Shown here piece after piece: positions 23,951 through 25,788 of a DNA stretch of 25,788 bases. This stretch comes from a virus (lineage: Duplodnaviria > Caudoviricetes), in IMG/VR virus record IMGVR_UViG_3300020045_018756, positions 1 to 25,788 of that record; one strand, given 5' to 3'. The notes beneath the pieces are model-generated. The model was not told where the DNA came from. It worked only from the letters and a program-made list of their open reading frames with translations, and did not search any database. The translations under genes and the position numbers were made by a program. Each line of letters starts with the position of its first letter. Position 1 is the first letter of the stretch.

Positions 23951-25459
23951 TTAATACCCCATACCAGAACCAACAAGAAGACGGGACTCCGCGCCAAGAT
24001 AGCGGATGGTGGAGACTTGACTTGCCACCTGAACGTAAACGGCTTTCCAGGACTTGGATAGGTCCGCCGGCGCCCGCCAGTCTTGGAGGACGGAGGCGGA
24101 ACTGGCCCAATAGCTGGAACCCCAAATCGCCGTGCCCCAAACAGAATAGGGGACAGAACTTGACGGGGAAATGACAGCGCCGTCGGGATTTGTCTCGAAG
24201 TCGTTTGCCATTGCCAGAATGTAAGAAAAAGGGGCATTTGGCTGGAAGAACGGCCGCATAGCCACCACCCGCTTTGTCCGCTGATAACCCAATCGGGTGT
24301 AGGAGGAAAGCATTGTGGCGACAATATCCGCCCCAACATCGTCCGTGCCTTCGACTTTCTGGACACCGGTATCAGTGCAGAAATAAAGGTCGCTGTTTAG
24401 CAAGCAGAAATTATTTGCCTGCCAGCCGGAAAAACTGCACCAAGCCCGGCTGTTGATTTGAAGGCAATATTGAAGACGAATGGGGGAGGACGGGACGTTA
24501 AGAATAAGCAGTGGAATGGCCGGCTGAAGGGTAATTTGCCAGCCATCACTTGTTCCAAAGTCCGTGGCAAGAACAGAGAGAATTGGCTGAATGTTATTGC
24601 TGATGGATTGGGTATATTCCACAGCGACAGATTGCAACGCTTTGGAAAGGGGGAAAACACCAACTTCGGAGAGATAGATCAAATCCCCAGCGGCCTTGGT
24701 GAAGGGTTGCAGACCAAGCGGCTTGCCGATGTAGTAAACACCCTCATTAACCCAAGTGGCTGCCGCAGAGGGATCATCCCCTTGGAAAATCGCCACTTCC
24801 CCCTGAGAAGTAACCACGGCCAGCTTATCATTCGCCCCGACGCCACCGTCAATTGTCCATGTGCCAATGGCAACAATTTTCCCACCACGGCGAAAAATCG
24901 CCCCTAGCTCATAAGTGACAGTTGCCCCCGAAATGGAATTTACTGCAAGATATTCCAGGGTGAGGGTGTTTTTCCGGACAAGAAAAATTCTTTGCCGATA
25001 GGTTTCAATGTAGGAGTATTCACTCGTCGCTGTTGCGCCGAAGGTAGCAACCGAACTCCAAGCAGCCCCATTGTACTGCTTCAGAGTATCCACTCCATTA
25101 ACCATCATGAGATAGTTATTCGCCCCGGTGGCAATGTTTGTCGCGATTGTCCGGCCATCGGTTAGGGCAATGGATAATGCCGGCAAAGCCCCAGCAGCAG
25201 TGACGTTATAAACGCCAGTATTTGACGTAGCCCAAAGGCTCTCCACCCCGGCGTTGCTGGAATAGTTCCAAAGGCGGAGAAGGGGGGAAGCGGCACCTGT
25301 CACATGATTCGCATTCCCCGGCCGCATTTCCAGGGCATCAGGGTACGGAATCCAATTGTCCAAAACCAGCGCCTCATCCGGGGCCATCGCCATGAGGTTT
25401 GCCTGGGCGTTAATCCCCCTTGTCGGCGCTACGAGGATTTTGTCGCGATTTGTTGGCAT
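23951..25459 (-). CDS. Tail nozzle / packaged-DNA stabilisation protein (P22 gp10 / tail tubular B-like)
   Basis: APT.G.NA...M....A.VLDNW.P....R.G N-terminus; beta-propeller-like body; C-terminal W....WG...W motif. Confidence 0.8.
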   Translation of the reverse strand: MPTNRDKILVAPTRGINAQANLMAMAPDEALVLDNWIPYPDALEMRPGNANHVTGAASPLLRLWNYSSNAGVESLWATSNTGVYNVTAAGALPALSIALTDGRTIATNIATGANNYLMMVNGVDTLKQYNGAAWSSVATFGATATSEYSYIETYRQRIFLVRKNTLTLEYLAVNSISGATVTYELGAIFRRGGKIVAIGTWTIDGGVGANDKLAVVTSQGEVAIFQGDDPSAAATWVNEGVYYIGKPLGLQPFTKAAGDLIYLSEVGVFPLSKALQSVAVEYTQSISNNIQPILSVLATDFGTSDGWQITLQPAIPLLILNVPSSPIRLQYCLQINSRAWCSFSGWQANNFCLLNSDLYFCTDTGVQKVEGTDDVGADIVATMLSSYTRLGYQRTKRVVAMRPFFQPNAPFSYILAMANDFETNPDGAVISPSSSVPYSVWGTAIWGSSYWASSASVLQDWRAPADLSKSWKAVYVQVASQVSTIRYLGAESRLLVGSGMGY

Positions 25460-25473
25460 GGGATTTTTTCGGC

Positions 25474-25788
25474 TTAGACGGGCCAGCTTCCGGCCGGGAC
25501 AACAACTCCAGGGACAATGCCTGGGCGACCGGAATCGAGCCAGAGTTTCGCAAAGCCCTCGTTGTAGAGGTTTTTCCCAATAGCGTCAAGATATAAGGCA
25601 TGGTCATCGCTCCAGTCTTCGCCCTTTTTCTTCGCCCAGTTCCAGGTGAGCCCGCGAAGAATGGCGATGTCGGGGAAAACAAAGGAATCGTCGTCTACGG
25701 TGAAGGATTGCTTCAGGGTTCCCCCAGCAGAAACGACGATTAGTTTGGAGTACATTTGCACGGACATGGTATGTCCGGCCACCATGTT
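25474..25788 (-). CDS. Head-tail adaptor (tail tubular A-like), C-terminal part
   Basis: K..FT.DDD...F....L..GL.W...KKG...P.GSW pattern; directly upstream of the nozzle gene; truncated by the window edge. Confidence 0.7.
   Translation of the reverse strand, partial: NMVAGHTMSVQMYSKLIVVSAGGTLKQSFTVDDDSFVFPDIAILRGLTWNWAKKKGEDWSDDHALYLDAIGKNLYNEGFAKLWLDSGRPGIVPGVVVPAGSWPV

Noticed and set aside
13657-25583. Numerous + strand ORFs in the right arm (and - strand ORFs in the left arm)
   Set aside because: These are antisense shadows of well-supported genes, with no RBS or recognisable motifs.
1-25788. Window-wide C-over-G skew on the + strand as a sign of unidirectional replication
   Set aside because: Spot counts were inconsistent (G-rich around 15.4 kb and 24.2 kb), so it cannot be supported without a computed cumulative skew.

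Overview
This window is about 26 kb from the middle of a podovirus-like dsDNA phage (or prophage) genome, with two convergent arms meeting at a bidirectional terminator near 13555. The left arm (+ strand, 1-13556) is an early/replication region. It holds many small, translationally coupled ORFs, a Cas4/AddB-like PD-(D/E)XK nuclease, a Sak4-like AAA ATPase, a putative SSB with its own sigma70 promoter and terminator, two free-standing HNH genes, a DUF3987-like P-loop helicase and a family A DNA polymerase. The polymerase is split into a [degenerate UDG + 3'-5' exonuclease] gene and a [polymerase domain] gene, with two unrelated accessory ORFs between the in-frame halves. The right arm (- strand, 13591-25788) is the end of the virion operon: adaptor (partial), P22 gp10-like nozzle, three ejection-type proteins, a tail fibre with a C1q-like tip, small tail proteins, a beta-helix-type tailspike and two membrane proteins. 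The most notable observations are the interrupted polymerase, a candidate autoregulatory pseudoknot in the SSB leader, two small paralogs ending in D[IV]DFF, and a duplicated polymerase C-terminus around an HNH insertion. All calls come from motif recognition by eye; no searches or folding programs were run.
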